Of a DNA stretch of 64,000 nt, positions 16,918 to 26,930 are shown piece after piece. Source of the stretch: Terriglobia bacterium (lineage in GTDB: Bacteria; Acidobacteriota; Terriglobia; JAIQFV01); the NCBI GenBank assembly GCA_041494885.1, contig JBGQBO010000007.1, positions 851 through 64,850 of the forward strand. Reading direction: 5' to 3'. Both the position numbers and the translations under genes were made by a program. Numbering within the stretch: position 1 is the first letter of the stretch; every line of letters starts with the position of its first letter. The notes beneath the pieces were generated by a model. It was not told the origin of the DNA. It did no database searches and saw only the letters and a program-made list of their open reading frames with translations.

Positions 16918-19557
16918 GTGACTCAAGAAGAACTCCGGCTCGAAGCGTCCCGGGAGCACAAAGCCCATTGGAAACGGTGGGGGCCCTACCTGAGCGAACG
17001 CGCGTGGGGGACCGTGCGCGAAGACTACAGTCCTCATGGAACAGCTTGGGAATATTTTCCTCATGACCACGCCCGACTCCGGGCTTATCGCTGGAACGAG
17101 GATGGGATTGCGGGAATTTGTGATCGCCATCAGTACATTTGCTTTGCATTGGCGATGTGGAACGGGCGAGATCCCATCCTCAAGGAACGTCTCTTTGGGT
17201 TGACGGGCAACGAAGGCAATCATGGTGAAGACGTAAAGGAGTATTACTTCTACCTCGACTCGACACCCACGCATTCTTACATGCGCTTCCTCTATAAATA
17301 CCCGCAGGCCGAATTCCCATACGCCCGATTGGTTGAGGAGAACCGAAAGCGAAGCCGGAAAGATCTGGAGTTCGAACTGGTCGACACCGGGGTCTTCAAC
17401 GAAGACCGTTACTTTGACGTCTTTGTCGAATACGCCAAGGCCACGGCCGAGGATATCCTGATCCGCATTGAGGTGATCAATCGCGGACCCGAATCAGCCC
17501 TGCTCCACCTCCTTCCCACGCTTTGGTTTCATAATACCTGGTCCTGGGGGTTTGGCGAAAGAAGGCCCCGGATGCACCGGGGGAATGACATTGAAGAATC
17601 TCCTGTCATTGAAATGGAACATTCCTATTACGGTCATCGCAACCTCCTTTGTGAAGGGAAACCGCAACTGCTGTTCACTGAAAATGAAACCAACTTTCAG
17701 CGACTGTGTGGATCGGAAAATAGCTCTCCCTATACCAAGGATGGCATCAACGACTACGTCGTGGGCGGTGTCAAGTCGACGGTGAATCCGGAGTTGATCG
17801 GATCGAAGGCCGCAGCCTGTTACCCGCTGACCCTTGGACCCGGAGCTACTGCCATCATTCGTCTCCGCTTCACTCCCGATCTCGCTAGCGCGTCAGCTTT
17901 CGGCGCGGACTTTGAGAATATCGTCGGACAAAGGAAGAAAGAAGCGGACGAGTTTTTCAGTCAACTGGCACCCGCCGGGCTCTCCGAGGATGCCCGGCGC
18001 GTGCAACGCCAGGCGTTCGCCGGGATGTTGTGGGGCAAACAATTCTATCACTACGAGGTGAGTCGCTGGCTCAAGGGAGACCCCGCGGGTCCCGAGCCTC
18101 CGCAGGGACGGTTGCAGGGGCGGAATCATGATTGGACGCACCTGTACAACGGGGATGTCATTTCCATGCCCGACAAGTGGGAGTATCCCTGGTATGCCGC
18201 CTGGGACCTGGCATTCCACTGCATTCCTTTGGCCATCATGGATTGCGACTATGCCAAGGAGCAGTTGGTTCTATTGCTTCGGGAATGGTATATGCATCCG
18301 AACGGACAGATCCCCGCCTATGAGTGGGCCTTCGGGGATGTCAATCCGCCTGTCCATGCCTGGGCGGCGTGGCGCGTTTACAAGATTGAGAAGAAGCGAC
18401 GCGGCACAGCAGACTTTAAGTTCCTTGAGCGCGTTTTTCATAAGCTGCTGCTCAACTTCACCTGGTGGGTCAACCGGAAGGATGCGGAAGGAAGAAACGT
18501 CTTTCAGGGTGGGTTCCTCGGTCTCGACAACATCGGGGTGTTCGACCGTAGCGCCCCGCTTCCTACCGGCGGCCACATCGAGCAATCCGACGCCACGAGT
18601 TGGATGGGGATGTACTGTCTGAATATGCTGGCCATCGCGCTGGAGCTCGCGAGAAAGGATTCCGCCTATGAGGATGTGGCCAGTAAGTTTTTTGAACACT
18701 TTGTGTACATCTGCAACGCGATGAACAATCTCGGCGGCAAAGATATCGAACTCTGGGATGAGCAGGATGGCTTCTACTACGACGTCTTGCACCAGGACAA
18801 TGGCCAACGCTTCCCCATCCGCGTCCGCTCCATGGTGGGCTTGATCCCTTTGTTTGCCATTGAAACCCTGGAAGCCGACATTGTGGACAAACTGCCCGGC
18901 TTCAAACGGCGCATGCAGTGGTTCATCGAGAATCGCCCCGATTTGAGCGATAACATTGAGACGCAAACCAAACCGCAAGGCATTAGCCGATGCCTCTCAC
19001 TCGTCAATCGTCATCGCCTCAGTCTTGTTCTACGGTATTTGCTGGACGAGTCGGAATTTCTTTCCCCTCACGGGATTCGAGCCTTGTCGCGCTATCACCA
19101 GGATCATCCTTATACGCTGCATATCAATCATACGGACTACCGTGTGGACTATGAACCCGCGGAATCCTCCACGGGTCTCTTTGGGGGGAATTCAAACTGG
19201 CGCGGCCCCATCTGGTTCCCTCTGAATTTTCTTCTCATTGAATCGTTGCAGAAATTCCATCACTACCTGGGAGACGAATACAAGGTCGAATTCCCCACCG
19301 GCTCGGGCCGGAGGCTGAACCTGTGGCAGGTGGCAACCCAGATCTCGCGCCGCCTGACCCGTATTTTCCTGCGCGGCGCAGACGGGCAAAGACCCGTCTA
19401 TGGGGGCACAGAAAAATTTCAGACGGATCCGCATTGGAAGGATCTGATTCTCTTCAACGAGTATTTTCACGGAGACAACGGAGCCGGCATCGGCGCCAGC
19501 CATCAAACGGGATGGACGGGACTGGTCGCCAAACTAATCCAGCAGAGTGGGGAGTGA
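16918..19557 (+). CDS. GH63-like six-hairpin glucosidase (MGH/YgjK-related large form)
   Basis: Characteristic N-terminus [21 protein letters not shown]...[21 protein letters not shown]...[31 protein letters not shown] and a C-terminal (alpha/alpha)6-type region. GTG start. Confidence 0.7.
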   Translation: MTQEELRLEASREHKAHWKRWGPYLSERAWGTVREDYSPHGTAWEYFPHDHARLRAYRWNEDGIAGICDRHQYICFALAMWNGRDPILKERLFGLTGNEGNHGEDVKEYYFYLDSTPTHSYMRFLYKYPQAEFPYARLVEENRKRSRKDLEFELVDTGVFNEDRYFDVFVEYAKATAEDILIRIEVINRGPESALLHLLPTLWFHNTWSWGFGERRPRMHRGNDIEESPVIEMEHSYYGHRNLLCEGKPQLLFTENETNFQRLCGSENSSPYTKDGINDYVVGGVKSTVNPELIGSKAAACYPLTLGPGATAIIRLRFTPDLASASAFGADFENIVGQRKKEADEFFSQLAPAGLSEDARRVQRQAFAGMLWGKQFYHYEVSRWLKGDPAGPEPPQGRLQGRNHDWTHLYNGDVISMPDKWEYPWYAAWDLAFHCIPLAIMDCDYAKEQLVLLLREWYMHPNGQIPAYEWAFGDVNPPVHAWAAWRVYKIEKKRRGTADFKFLERVFHKLLLNFTWWVNRKDAEGRNVFQGGFLGLDNIGVFDRSAPLPTGGHIEQSDATSWMGMYCLNMLAIALELARKDSAYEDVASKFFEHFVYICNAMNNLGGKDIELWDEQDGFYYDVLHQDNGQRFPIRVRSMVGLIPLFAIETLEADIVDKLPGFKRRMQWFIENRPDLSDNIETQTKPQGISRCLSLVNRHRLSLVLRYLLDESEFLSPHGIRALSRYHQDHPYTLHINHTDYRVDYEPAESSTGLFGGNSNWRGPIWFPLNFLLIESLQKFHHYLGDEYKVEFPTGSGRRLNLWQVATQISRRLTRIFLRGADGQRPVYGGTEKFQTDPHWKDLILFNEYFHGDNGAGIGASHQTGWTGLVAKLIQQSGE

Positions 19558-19566
19558 GGGAAAGTT

Positions 19567-19614
19567 GTCAGTTCTCAGTGGTCAGCCATCAGCTGTCAGC
19601 CATCAGCTATCAGC
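19567..19614. repeat. Short-period TCAGC-type repeat immediately after a stop codon
   Basis: gtcagttctcagtggtcagccatcagctgtcagccatcagctatcagc, 10 nt after the GH63-like stop. Confidence 0.75.
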
Positions 19615-20261
19615 AAATGCGAGAAGATCAGACGTCTTGATGCCTCATCGATTATGGATTTTCCACAAGTTAACAGTGAAAGGATAAGGACAATCAACAA
19701 GATCTGATCGAACATTACTGGCACCGGAGAACGGAGATCTGGCAATTTTCCTAGAAGTTACACCATAAGGCTGCATCTCGAGCCCCAGCTCAATCCAGAA
19801 AAAATCTGATTATTGGGAATATTTTGCCCAACTTAAGAGATTAATAGGGTGTGGCCACAGATCCTCGGCGGTATAGAAGCGATGTTTTCCATGAAAATGC
19901 CACAAATCAAAGCACGGTGGAAATAGCCGAGTTTGGATGAACTCCAGAATGAAAAAGACAAGAATATTCTCAAATCTCTCATTTGCCATTGCTTTAACCT
20001 CAACGACGCTTCTGATCATTATGAGTTTGGGCCTCCTGGTCAGAATCGCATTTTCCCGAACGGAGGAGCAGCCGAGTGTTTGGAGCGCAGGCGTCCCGCC
20101 CGCAGCTTCTGAATCGCTTGAAAACAGTAAAGCCGGGGACGGCATCACGGTGAAATCGATTAGGAAGAGCATGACCGTCGGCGTCGCAACCCAAATCGTT
20201 CGCACACCCTGATGGGTCGGGGCGTGCGCAACCCAATCTCTTAATTGTTGGGTCATCAATT

Positions 20262-20933
20262 ATGAAAACACTTGAAGAAAAACATCCCCTGGCCATCCGA
20301 TGGTTTCACTGGATCAACTTCCCACTGCTCGCCCTGATGATTTGGAGTGGATTGCTGATTTATTGGGCTAATGACATTTACCGCATCGGATTCGGAAACT
20401 GGACGTTATTCCATTTCTTCCCCGATTCGTTCTATGGCTCCTTCCGCCTCAATCATCGTTTGGCTGAAGGGATGGCCTGGCACTTCTTTTTCATGTGGTT
20501 TTTTGCCATCAATGGTCTTCTCTATGTCATCTATACGGCCGTATCCGGTGAATGGCGTCATCTACTCCCCAATCGACATTCCTTCCTCGAAGCCGTTCGC
20601 GTGGTGCTCTACGATCTCCACTTGAGCAAAATCCATCCGCCCCGAAGAAAATTCAACGGGGCCCAACAGATTGCCTACACAAGCATCATTTTAATGGGAG
20701 GAGGTTCCCTGGTAACGGGACTGGCGATTTACAAACCGATCCAGTTTGCGTGGCTCACTTCCCTGCTCGGAGGATACCCCGCCGCCCGGTTTGAGCATTT
20801 CCTGTTGACCATGGGTTACGGGGCGTTCTTCCTCGTTCATATCGCCCAGGTGATTAAAGCGGGGTGGAACAATTTCCGCGCCATGGTTGCGGGATTCGAA
20901 TTGACCACCCTCGAGGACACACCCGATGAATGA
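20262..20933 (+). CDS. Membrane di-heme cytochrome b (PhsC / hydrogenase cytochrome b fold, MsrQ-like role)
   Basis: HPLAIRWFHWINFPLLALMIWSGLLIYWAN, further TM helices with conserved His (HFFFMWFF, FEHFLLTMGYGAFFLVHIAQ). Confidence 0.7.
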   Translation: MKTLEEKHPLAIRWFHWINFPLLALMIWSGLLIYWANDIYRIGFGNWTLFHFFPDSFYGSFRLNHRLAEGMAWHFFFMWFFAINGLLYVIYTAVSGEWRHLLPNRHSFLEAVRVVLYDLHLSKIHPPRRKFNGAQQIAYTSIILMGGGSLVTGLAIYKPIQFAWLTSLLGGYPAARFEHFLLTMGYGAFFLVHIAQVIKAGWNNFRAMVAGFELTTLEDTPDE

Positions 20934-21945
20934 CAAAGTCACCCCCCCACGAGTCGAGAATCCAGGCAACCTCAACACAGAGGGTGAAAACCCAAATCCC
21001 GTGGAAAGCCCGACGGTGATCGGCGGGTCTTTGGGCCCGGGAGTCACGGTTCAGCCGACTGGAACGGCAGAGACTCCCACAGCTTCGATCCATAAAGCCC
21101 GTGAAGGTCGCAGCGGCGGGCCCGATCAAGAATTATCTCGTCAGGCACGATTGCGAACACGGCGCAGCTTCGTTGTGGCCGGAGCCGCCGAACTGGCCGG
21201 CCTATCCGGTTGGCGCTGGTTGACCACCCGGCGCCTGGACGACGATATCCCCTGGCCTCTGCGGAGCGTCCTCCAAGTGAACGAACAACTGGCTCGCGAC
21301 TACTTCAAGAGATCAAGACTGGCGCCCACCTTTGCGCTCTCCAGTGCCAGGGAGCCGAGGGTCAACGGAACCGAGGGAATGGACAATGAATTTTATCTGT
21401 CCACCTGGAAATTGCGCGTGGTGGGATTACATGGAAACAACGACACCGGATCTCATAAAACGTTCGTGGACGAGGTGACAGGCGAAAGGGGGGTGTTGTT
21501 GGATCTGGAAGATATTAAGTCGTTGCCGCGCGTGGAAATGGTCACGGAACTCAAATGTATCGAGGGGTGGAGCCAGATAGTGCGCTGGGCGGGCGCGCGG
21601 TTGTCCGACCTCGCGGCCAAGTTCGGTCCGGCCACGATGAGCGGGGCTGCACCCGACGTGCAGGGAGCGCCAGAGGACCTCGTTCGATATGTCAGCATTG
21701 AAACCCCCGATCGTGGATATTACGTGGGTCTGGACATGGCGAGTGCCCTGCATCCACAGACGCTGCTGTGTTACGAGATGAATGGAGAACCTCTTTCAAT
21801 GCCTCATGGAGCTCCTTTACGCCTGGCTATCCCGGTCAAGTATGGGATCAAGAACATCAAGCGGATTGGGACCCTTCGGTTTACCGATCAACGTCCTGCC
21901 GACTATTGGGCCGAACGGGGCTACGACTGGTACGCGGGGCATTAA
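20926..21945 (+). CDS. Molybdopterin-dependent oxidoreductase (sulfite oxidase / MsrP-YedY fold), Tat-exported
   Basis: Twin-arginine motif RTRRSFVVAGAAELAG, ELKCIEGWSQIVRWAGARLSDL, YEMNGEPLSMPHGAPLRLAIPVKYGIKNIKRIGTLRF. The Tat motif sits at aa 77-82 of the long ORF, so TTG 21151 (giving MRTRRSF) is an alternative start. Confidence 0.8.
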   Translation: MNDKVTPPRVENPGNLNTEGENPNPVESPTVIGGSLGPGVTVQPTGTAETPTASIHKAREGRSGGPDQELSRQARLRTRRSFVVAGAAELAGLSGWRWLTTRRLDDDIPWPLRSVLQVNEQLARDYFKRSRLAPTFALSSAREPRVNGTEGMDNEFYLSTWKLRVVGLHGNNDTGSHKTFVDEVTGERGVLLDLEDIKSLPRVEMVTELKCIEGWSQIVRWAGARLSDLAAKFGPATMSGAAPDVQGAPEDLVRYVSIETPDRGYYVGLDMASALHPQTLLCYEMNGEPLSMPHGAPLRLAIPVKYGIKNIKRIGTLRFTDQRPADYWAERGYDWYAGH

Positions 21946-22081
21946 ACTCAAAAGTGGTGCAGGCGTCCTCGCCTGCACAAAGAACTGAGGCCATTCATCG
22001 AGAAGAGCGGCTGCCGCGACGACCCGGGGTTACAGGCCGTTCGGTGAACTTTCAAGGCGAGGATTGAGCGGCAGAGCGGTT

Positions 22082-22234
22082 GTGACTGAGGCAAATAAAC
22101 TTCGGATAGGGGACTTCGAGGCCGCGGCTCTGCCTTACCTGGAGGAGCTCTTTCGAACGGCTTCCCGCCTTCTCGGAAATCGAAGTGAAGCAATACTTCA
22201 CCCTGGAGGCAATGTCGAGAAAGCTGGGGCCTGA
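22082..22234 (+). pseudogene. N-terminal remnant of an ECF sigma factor
   Basis: GTG-started frame reads VTEANKLRIGDFEAAALPYLEELFRTASRLLGNRSEA, a typical ECF region 2.1 opening. It then runs into ILHPGGNVEKAGA-stop. Below the ORF-track cutoff. Confidence 0.4.
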
Positions 22235-22604
22235 ATATATTGGCCTGGTTTCGCTGGCGAAGGAAAGGGTGCCTTCAGAGTTCGATGTCGTCGTTGCACA
22301 TCAGTGCACCTTCAATGGGCGCCGGTTTATCCATTTGATCTTGAAAAATCAGGAAACCGTTCTTTCGCTGGCTATTACCCGGAAAGAAGGGGAGGTTTTT
22401 CCTTTGAACGGGTTGCGGGCAGCAATGAATGTCTCTGATGTCCCGCTCTACAAATCCAGGATCCAGAATATGGAAGTGGCCGGTTTCGAAACCCGAGACT
22501 ATCTGGCATTTGTTGTTTCCGACCTGAGAGAGAAAGAGAACAGCCAGATAGCCTCCAGCCTGGCCCCCGCCGTGCGAGACTTTCTTTCAAAGCTGGAAGG
22601 GTGA
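22185..22604 (+). CDS. Hypothetical protein (139 aa), possibly the surviving part of a sigma/anti-sigma module
   Basis: Open frame overlapping the sigma remnant in another frame. No motif recognised. Confidence 0.35.
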   Translation: MKQYFTLEAMSRKLGPEYIGLVSLAKERVPSEFDVVVAHQCTFNGRRFIHLILKNQETVLSLAITRKEGEVFPLNGLRAAMNVSDVPLYKSRIQNMEVAGFETRDYLAFVVSDLREKENSQIASSLAPAVRDFLSKLEG

Positions 22605-22773
22605 TGTTTGATATTGGAGTACAACTCCCCGGCTCCTCATGAATCAAGACTGAACAACTTTCAGTGAGACGGCAGAGCTTCGCCACAGGCGGCCTGCTGT
22701 CAACAGATGACTCTGTCCGGCCCCAGGCAGGCTGGACATAGAGGATGCGAACACCCTCATGTTGTCTTGACCC

Positions 22774-24048
22774 CTACTTCGGAATGTACCTTGGGAAGAA
22801 GGCGCTGACGGCCAACAGGAGCGTGAGGGAGATCATCACCACGCAGGTGACCCACGCAATGATGTTGAATGCCCTCGTGTTGCGATAGGCCCCCATCAGA
22901 TCCTCGCGGTTACTCAACCTCAGCATGAAGATCAGAACAAACGGCAGGATGATACCGTTGGCAACCTGGGAGAGCAAGATGATCGGGACTTGCTTCTGTT
23001 CGCTCAACAGCAGGACGGCCAAGGCGCCCAAAACAATCAATCCTGTAAATAAGGAATAAAAGGTTGGCGCCTCGTGAAGGCGCTTGTTAATCCCGGATTC
23101 CAACCCCAATCCTTCACACACATAATAGGCAGTTGCCAGGGGCAGTATGCAAGCGGAAAACAGCGAGGCATTACACAACCCAAACGCAAATAGCGCGGCC
23201 GCGGCGCGGCCAGCCAGCGGGCGAAGGGCCAGGGCAGCATCGCCCGCGTTCGCAATCTCATGATTGCCGCTGATGTAGATTGTGGCGGCGCATGCCACAA
23301 TGATAAAAAAGGCCACGATGTCAGTTATGATGCAACCAATAATGACATCCCACCGGGATTGAACGTAATTCTTGAGTTTAGTCCCCTTCTCTACCACCGC
23401 GGACTGCAAATAAAACTGCATCCAAGGTGCGATGGTCGTCCCCACCAGACCGATAATCATATAAAGGGAACCGGAATCAAAATGTAGAGAGGGTTTGACG
23501 GTACTGACCATGGCCACCTTCCAGTCGGGGTGCGCCAGAAACCCTGAGACCACGTAGGCCACATAAAACACACAGGCAGCCAGAAAGACCTTTTCGACAA
23601 TCCGGTAAGTCCCCTTAACCACCAGCACCCAGACCAGCAAGGCCCCCAACGGAACAGCAATGTAGCGACTCACATGGAACACCGACATCCCCGAAGCCAA
23701 GCCGGCAAACTCGGAGATCGTGTTGCCCAAATCGGCCACAAGGAGAAGCGCCATCAGGAAGAACGTGGCCCGAAATCCGTACTCCTCGCGAATGAGATCG
23801 GCCAATCCCTTGCCCGTGACTATACCCATTCGGGCCACCATCTCCTGGACCACTACCAAAGCCACCGTGATGGGAATAAGCGACCACAGCAAGGTGTAAC
23901 CGAAGTGTGCGCCGGCCACGGAATAGGTGTAAATCCCACCGGCATCGTTATCCACATTGGCGGTAATAATCCCGGGGCCCAGCACCGCCAGGAAGATTAA
24001 AAGATTTCGTCGGTAACGCCGTAAACTTCGCGACTTCATCGTCCCCAC
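22774..24048 (-). CDS. NRAMP/SLC11-family transporter with a non-canonical metal site
   Basis: NRAMP TM1 context GPGIITANVDNDAGGIYTYSVAGAHFGYTLLW aligns to MntH ...[22 protein letters not shown], so DPGN becomes DAGG. TM6 GTTIAPWMQFYLQS replaces GATIMPHVIYLHS. 11-12 TM. ATG 24039 is a possible start. Confidence 0.85.
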   Translation of the reverse strand: MGTMKSRSLRRYRRNLLIFLAVLGPGIITANVDNDAGGIYTYSVAGAHFGYTLLWSLIPITVALVVVQEMVARMGIVTGKGLADLIREEYGFRATFFLMALLLVADLGNTISEFAGLASGMSVFHVSRYIAVPLGALLVWVLVVKGTYRIVEKVFLAACVFYVAYVVSGFLAHPDWKVAMVSTVKPSLHFDSGSLYMIIGLVGTTIAPWMQFYLQSAVVEKGTKLKNYVQSRWDVIIGCIITDIVAFFIIVACAATIYISGNHEIANAGDAALALRPLAGRAAAALFAFGLCNASLFSACILPLATAYYVCEGLGLESGINKRLHEAPTFYSLFTGLIVLGALAVLLLSEQKQVPIILLSQVANGIILPFVLIFMLRLSNREDLMGAYRNTRAFNIIAWVTCVVMISLTLLLAVSAFFPRYIPK

Positions 24049-24062
24049 CGGTCAATCCATGT

Positions 24063-25304
24063 TTACTTGCTGCTGATGAGAAGGTCCAATACATCGTCGG
24101 CTGTGACCTCACCGAGAATTCGACCGTTATCGTCGACCACCGGGAGGGTCAGGAGGTTGTATTTGTTGAACAGGCTCACCACCCCCTTTTCGTCCGCATG
24201 AAAAGGAACGGAAATGATCGGATCCGTCGAAAGTTGCTGCAGAGCGGCACCGGGTTCCGCCAGCAAGAGGCGCCCCAGGGGGACCACGCCGGTCAAATTG
24301 GCGTTGGCATCGATCAGGTAAATCGCATGCACGGACTCCATCGACCCATCAAAGGCCTTCAAGGCCGCGACGGCAGATTCAACCGTGGCGAGATCGCCCA
24401 CTACGATGAATTCGGTCGTCATCAATCCGCCCGCGGTGTTTTCCTCGAACCCCAGGAGATTGCGGACCTCCTTGGCCTCTTCTTTCTCCATATTGGCCAA
24501 AACTTGAGCCGAAGTCTCGGGAGCAAGTTCTTGCAGGACATCGGCCGCCTCATCGGGCGGCATCTCTTCCACGATGTCGGCCGCACGGCTGGCGGGGATA
24601 CTCTCGAGCAGTGCCACTTGCATCTTCGTCGAGATTTCCGAGACCGCCTGGGCCGCGGTTTCATCATCCAGGGATTCGATCACCGATTTCTGTTCGTCGC
24701 GGCTCAAGTCCTCAAGAATATCCGCCAGGTCCGCCGGGTGAAGGTCAGCCAGCCGACTGTACGAAATGCGGAGCCGTAAGCGACGGGACGGATCGGGCTC
24801 AATGAGGTTGACAAATTCCCAGGGAATCGTCTTCTGTGAAAACAGTCCGGCAACGCGGCGAATGGTATGCTTGGCAAAAACCCCTTGAAGCAACCGCCGG
24901 ACCGCGGCTTCCCATCCTACGTTGACCGCGACGATTTGCAGATCCGTGAGTCCATCGTTGGGGCGGATATCAAAATCCACATCATTGACCCGGACCACCT
25001 TCTGATCGTTCACATCGATGATCTGCTGATCCAGCACATCCTTCTTGATCCGGATCAAATCCTCTTCCGGAGTGTACGGGCGCACCTCTTCAGCCGGGAC
25101 CCGGGTCTGGGCCGCGCGCACCGAGATTGACGGTAATTGGGTGTGGGTAATACTCAGCAGCTGATTCTTCGGGGTTCTGACAAGATAAGTCGCCACTTGG
25201 AGCGGATTCTGGCTCGGGTTGATGCCGAGATCCACGAGGCGGCCCAGGTACTCGCCTCGGGCGTCATAGATCGGCAGGTTTTCAAGCTCAGTGAAATAGA
25301 TCAT
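24063..25304 (-). CDS. Soluble PRC-barrel + MgtE N-domain + CBS-pair protein (MgtE cytosolic module without the pore)
   Basis: PRC-like N-terminus (LENLPIYDARGEYLGRLVDL), MgtE_N acidic helices (LHPADLADILEDLSRDEQKSVIESL...EEMPPDEAADVLQEL), then a CBS pair (LMTTEFIVVGDLATV...VPVVDDNGRILGEVTADDVLDLL). No TM segments. Ends 14 nt before the NRAMP gene. Confidence 0.8.
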   Translation of the reverse strand: MIYFTELENLPIYDARGEYLGRLVDLGINPSQNPLQVATYLVRTPKNQLLSITHTQLPSISVRAAQTRVPAEEVRPYTPEEDLIRIKKDVLDQQIIDVNDQKVVRVNDVDFDIRPNDGLTDLQIVAVNVGWEAAVRRLLQGVFAKHTIRRVAGLFSQKTIPWEFVNLIEPDPSRRLRLRISYSRLADLHPADLADILEDLSRDEQKSVIESLDDETAAQAVSEISTKMQVALLESIPASRAADIVEEMPPDEAADVLQELAPETSAQVLANMEKEEAKEVRNLLGFEENTAGGLMTTEFIVVGDLATVESAVAALKAFDGSMESVHAIYLIDANANLTGVVPLGRLLLAEPGAALQQLSTDPIISVPFHADEKGVVSLFNKYNLLTLPVVDDNGRILGEVTADDVLDLLISSK

Positions 25305-25764
25305 CGGCTTTTCTCATTCCGTTCGTCGCGTCCGAAGGTGGTGGAAGACGATGGTGAACTCCTGCCTCTCCACCGCGGCTCGTGGCGCATGACAAACGAC
25401 CTCCCGGGAGGGGTCGAAATTCAACTCCCGGACCTGAGAATTATCATCATGCCTTAATAGGGTTGTCCTTATCCTTTGTCAAGCAGAAACCGCGAACCGG
25501 GTGTGGAAATCTTGAACAAAACTCCCGAGGTGAGTTTCATCCGGCCTTGCAGTGAATCCTTCATTCATATATGCTTCCCTCCCGCTTCCTATGGATTCGA
25601 AAAGGATGGGGAAAATCTCGCACACGTTCCCGTTGGTCGCTCCTCGTGCGATGGTGATGAACGATCAGATTGCGGGTCCACCTTGATCTTGAATATCGCC
25701 GAAGATCCTGAATCTTGCATTCCCCAGGACCGGCCTACACTTCCAAATTTTCGGAGGAGTTGAA

Positions 25765-25974
25765 ATGGCTGATTTCGTGTACAAGCAAATTGAGTTGACC
25801 GGAACTTCGAAGACCAACATAGAGGATGCAATCCAAAATGCGATCGCCAAAGCGGCAAAGACGATTCATCACATACAATGGTTCCAGGTCATTGAAGTCC
25901 GAGGCAGCGTCGAGGCGAATAAGGTTGGCTATTGGCAGGTTATCATGAAGGTCGGATTCAAGCTGGAGGACTGA
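25765..25974 (+). CDS. Dodecin family flavin-binding protein
   Basis: 69 aa, MADFVYKQIELTGTSKTNIEDAIQNAIAKAAKTIHHIQWFQVIEVRGSVEANKVGYWQVIMKVGFKLED, matching the dodecin consensus along its length. Confidence 0.8.
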   Translation: MADFVYKQIELTGTSKTNIEDAIQNAIAKAAKTIHHIQWFQVIEVRGSVEANKVGYWQVIMKVGFKLED

Positions 25975-26282
25975 ACTGAGAGGAAGATTCCAGAGCGCCA
26001 TCAGGCGGATCGGAGCCCGGTTCGCCTTTAAAGCTCCTTTCGTCGGTCCCGATTGGATTTGATTACTGCAACCACCCTTGCAAATCCATTTTCGACCAAC
26101 GGTTCAAGTTTGGCCAGTCCGATGGGGAACCCATTGGGCTCCGATTCATCCGCGCATGCTATCCCTCCCAACGCCCAAGGTGCACTCGCAATTCTTTAAT
26201 TTCGAAAATCCGGGTAAACGCGAACCCTTTCGTGCAAAAGAATATTCGGCACCCGCCATCGAATAAGGATCCCGCGCATCTG

Positions 26283-26308
26283 TTAACACATCGCGGCCCC
26301 ACTCCGTC
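26283..26308 (+). promoter_or_regulatory. Candidate ECF-type promoter (GTTAAC-N17-CGTC)
   Basis: AAC at 26285-26287, 17-nt spacer, CGTC at 26305-26308, about 38 nt upstream of the sigma gene start. Pattern only. Confidence 0.3.
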
Positions 26309-26345
26309 TTACACGTCTGGAGGCTGTCCGTGAACAGGCTTTAAT

Positions 26346-26930
26346 GTGGAAACAATCCTTGAACTTCAAAACGGGATCAGGCAACATCGGTTTGTGTCCA
26401 CCCCATCTGTGATTGAGATTTCAGACGATGCGACCTTGGCCCGCGCCGCCCGCGAGGGGAATCGTGTTGCCTTCGGCCGTCTGTACGACCGGTATTCGCG
26501 GATGGTCCACGGGATTCTCCTGGCAAGAATCCCGCGCCCGGAAGTGGACGATCTGGTGCAGGACGTTTTTCTGACCGCCTTGAGACAGATCCACACCCTT
26601 CGGGATTCGGCTGCCTTCGGCGGCTGGCTCGCCATGATCACCCGCAATCGTGCCAATGATTATCATCGTAGCGCTCAACAGATCACTGAACTGACCGATG
26701 ATCTCCCCGGGGCAAGCTCGCCGGAATCAGAGGCCGTTTTGGTCCTCGAGAAGATCCGTTCCATGCCGGAGGCCTATCGCGAAACCCTGATCCTTCGCCT
26801 GGTTGAGGGAATGACGGGTCCGGAAATCGCTGAACGTACGGGCCTGACGGCTGCTTCGGTTCGGGTCAATCTGCACCGCGGGATGAAGCAGCTTCGTGAA
26901 AAGCTCGAAAGGAGGAAGGTTCATGAGTGA
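26346..26930 (+). CDS. ECF RNA polymerase sigma factor
   Basis: Region 2 (FGRLYDRYSRMVHGILLARIPRPEVDDLVQDVFLTAL...WLAMITRNRANDYHR) and region 4 (YRETLILRLVEGMTGPEIAERTGLTAASVRVNLHRGMKQLR). Confidence 0.85.
   Translation: METILELQNGIRQHRFVSTPSVIEISDDATLARAAREGNRVAFGRLYDRYSRMVHGILLARIPRPEVDDLVQDVFLTALRQIHTLRDSAAFGGWLAMITRNRANDYHRSAQQITELTDDLPGASSPESEAVLVLEKIRSMPEAYRETLILRLVEGMTGPEIAERTGLTAASVRVNLHRGMKQLREKLERRKVHE

Noticed and set aside
19810-20259. ORFs 19810-20259 (minus strand) and 19937-20212 (plus strand) in the 700-bp spacer before the cytochrome b gene.
   Set aside because: They overlap each other on opposite strands, have no RBS or motifs, and have odd composition. I cannot choose between them or non-coding DNA, so neither is reported as a feature.
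25305-25764. M-box (Mg2+) riboswitch in the leader of the MgtE_N-CBS / NRAMP operon.
   Set aside because: The leader has hairpins (ccgggag...ctcccgg, ggtggaga...tcttccacc). I could not find the conserved M-box blocks (for example GUUAGGUGAGGCUCC or CUAAAGCUCUACG). This needs an Rfam scan.
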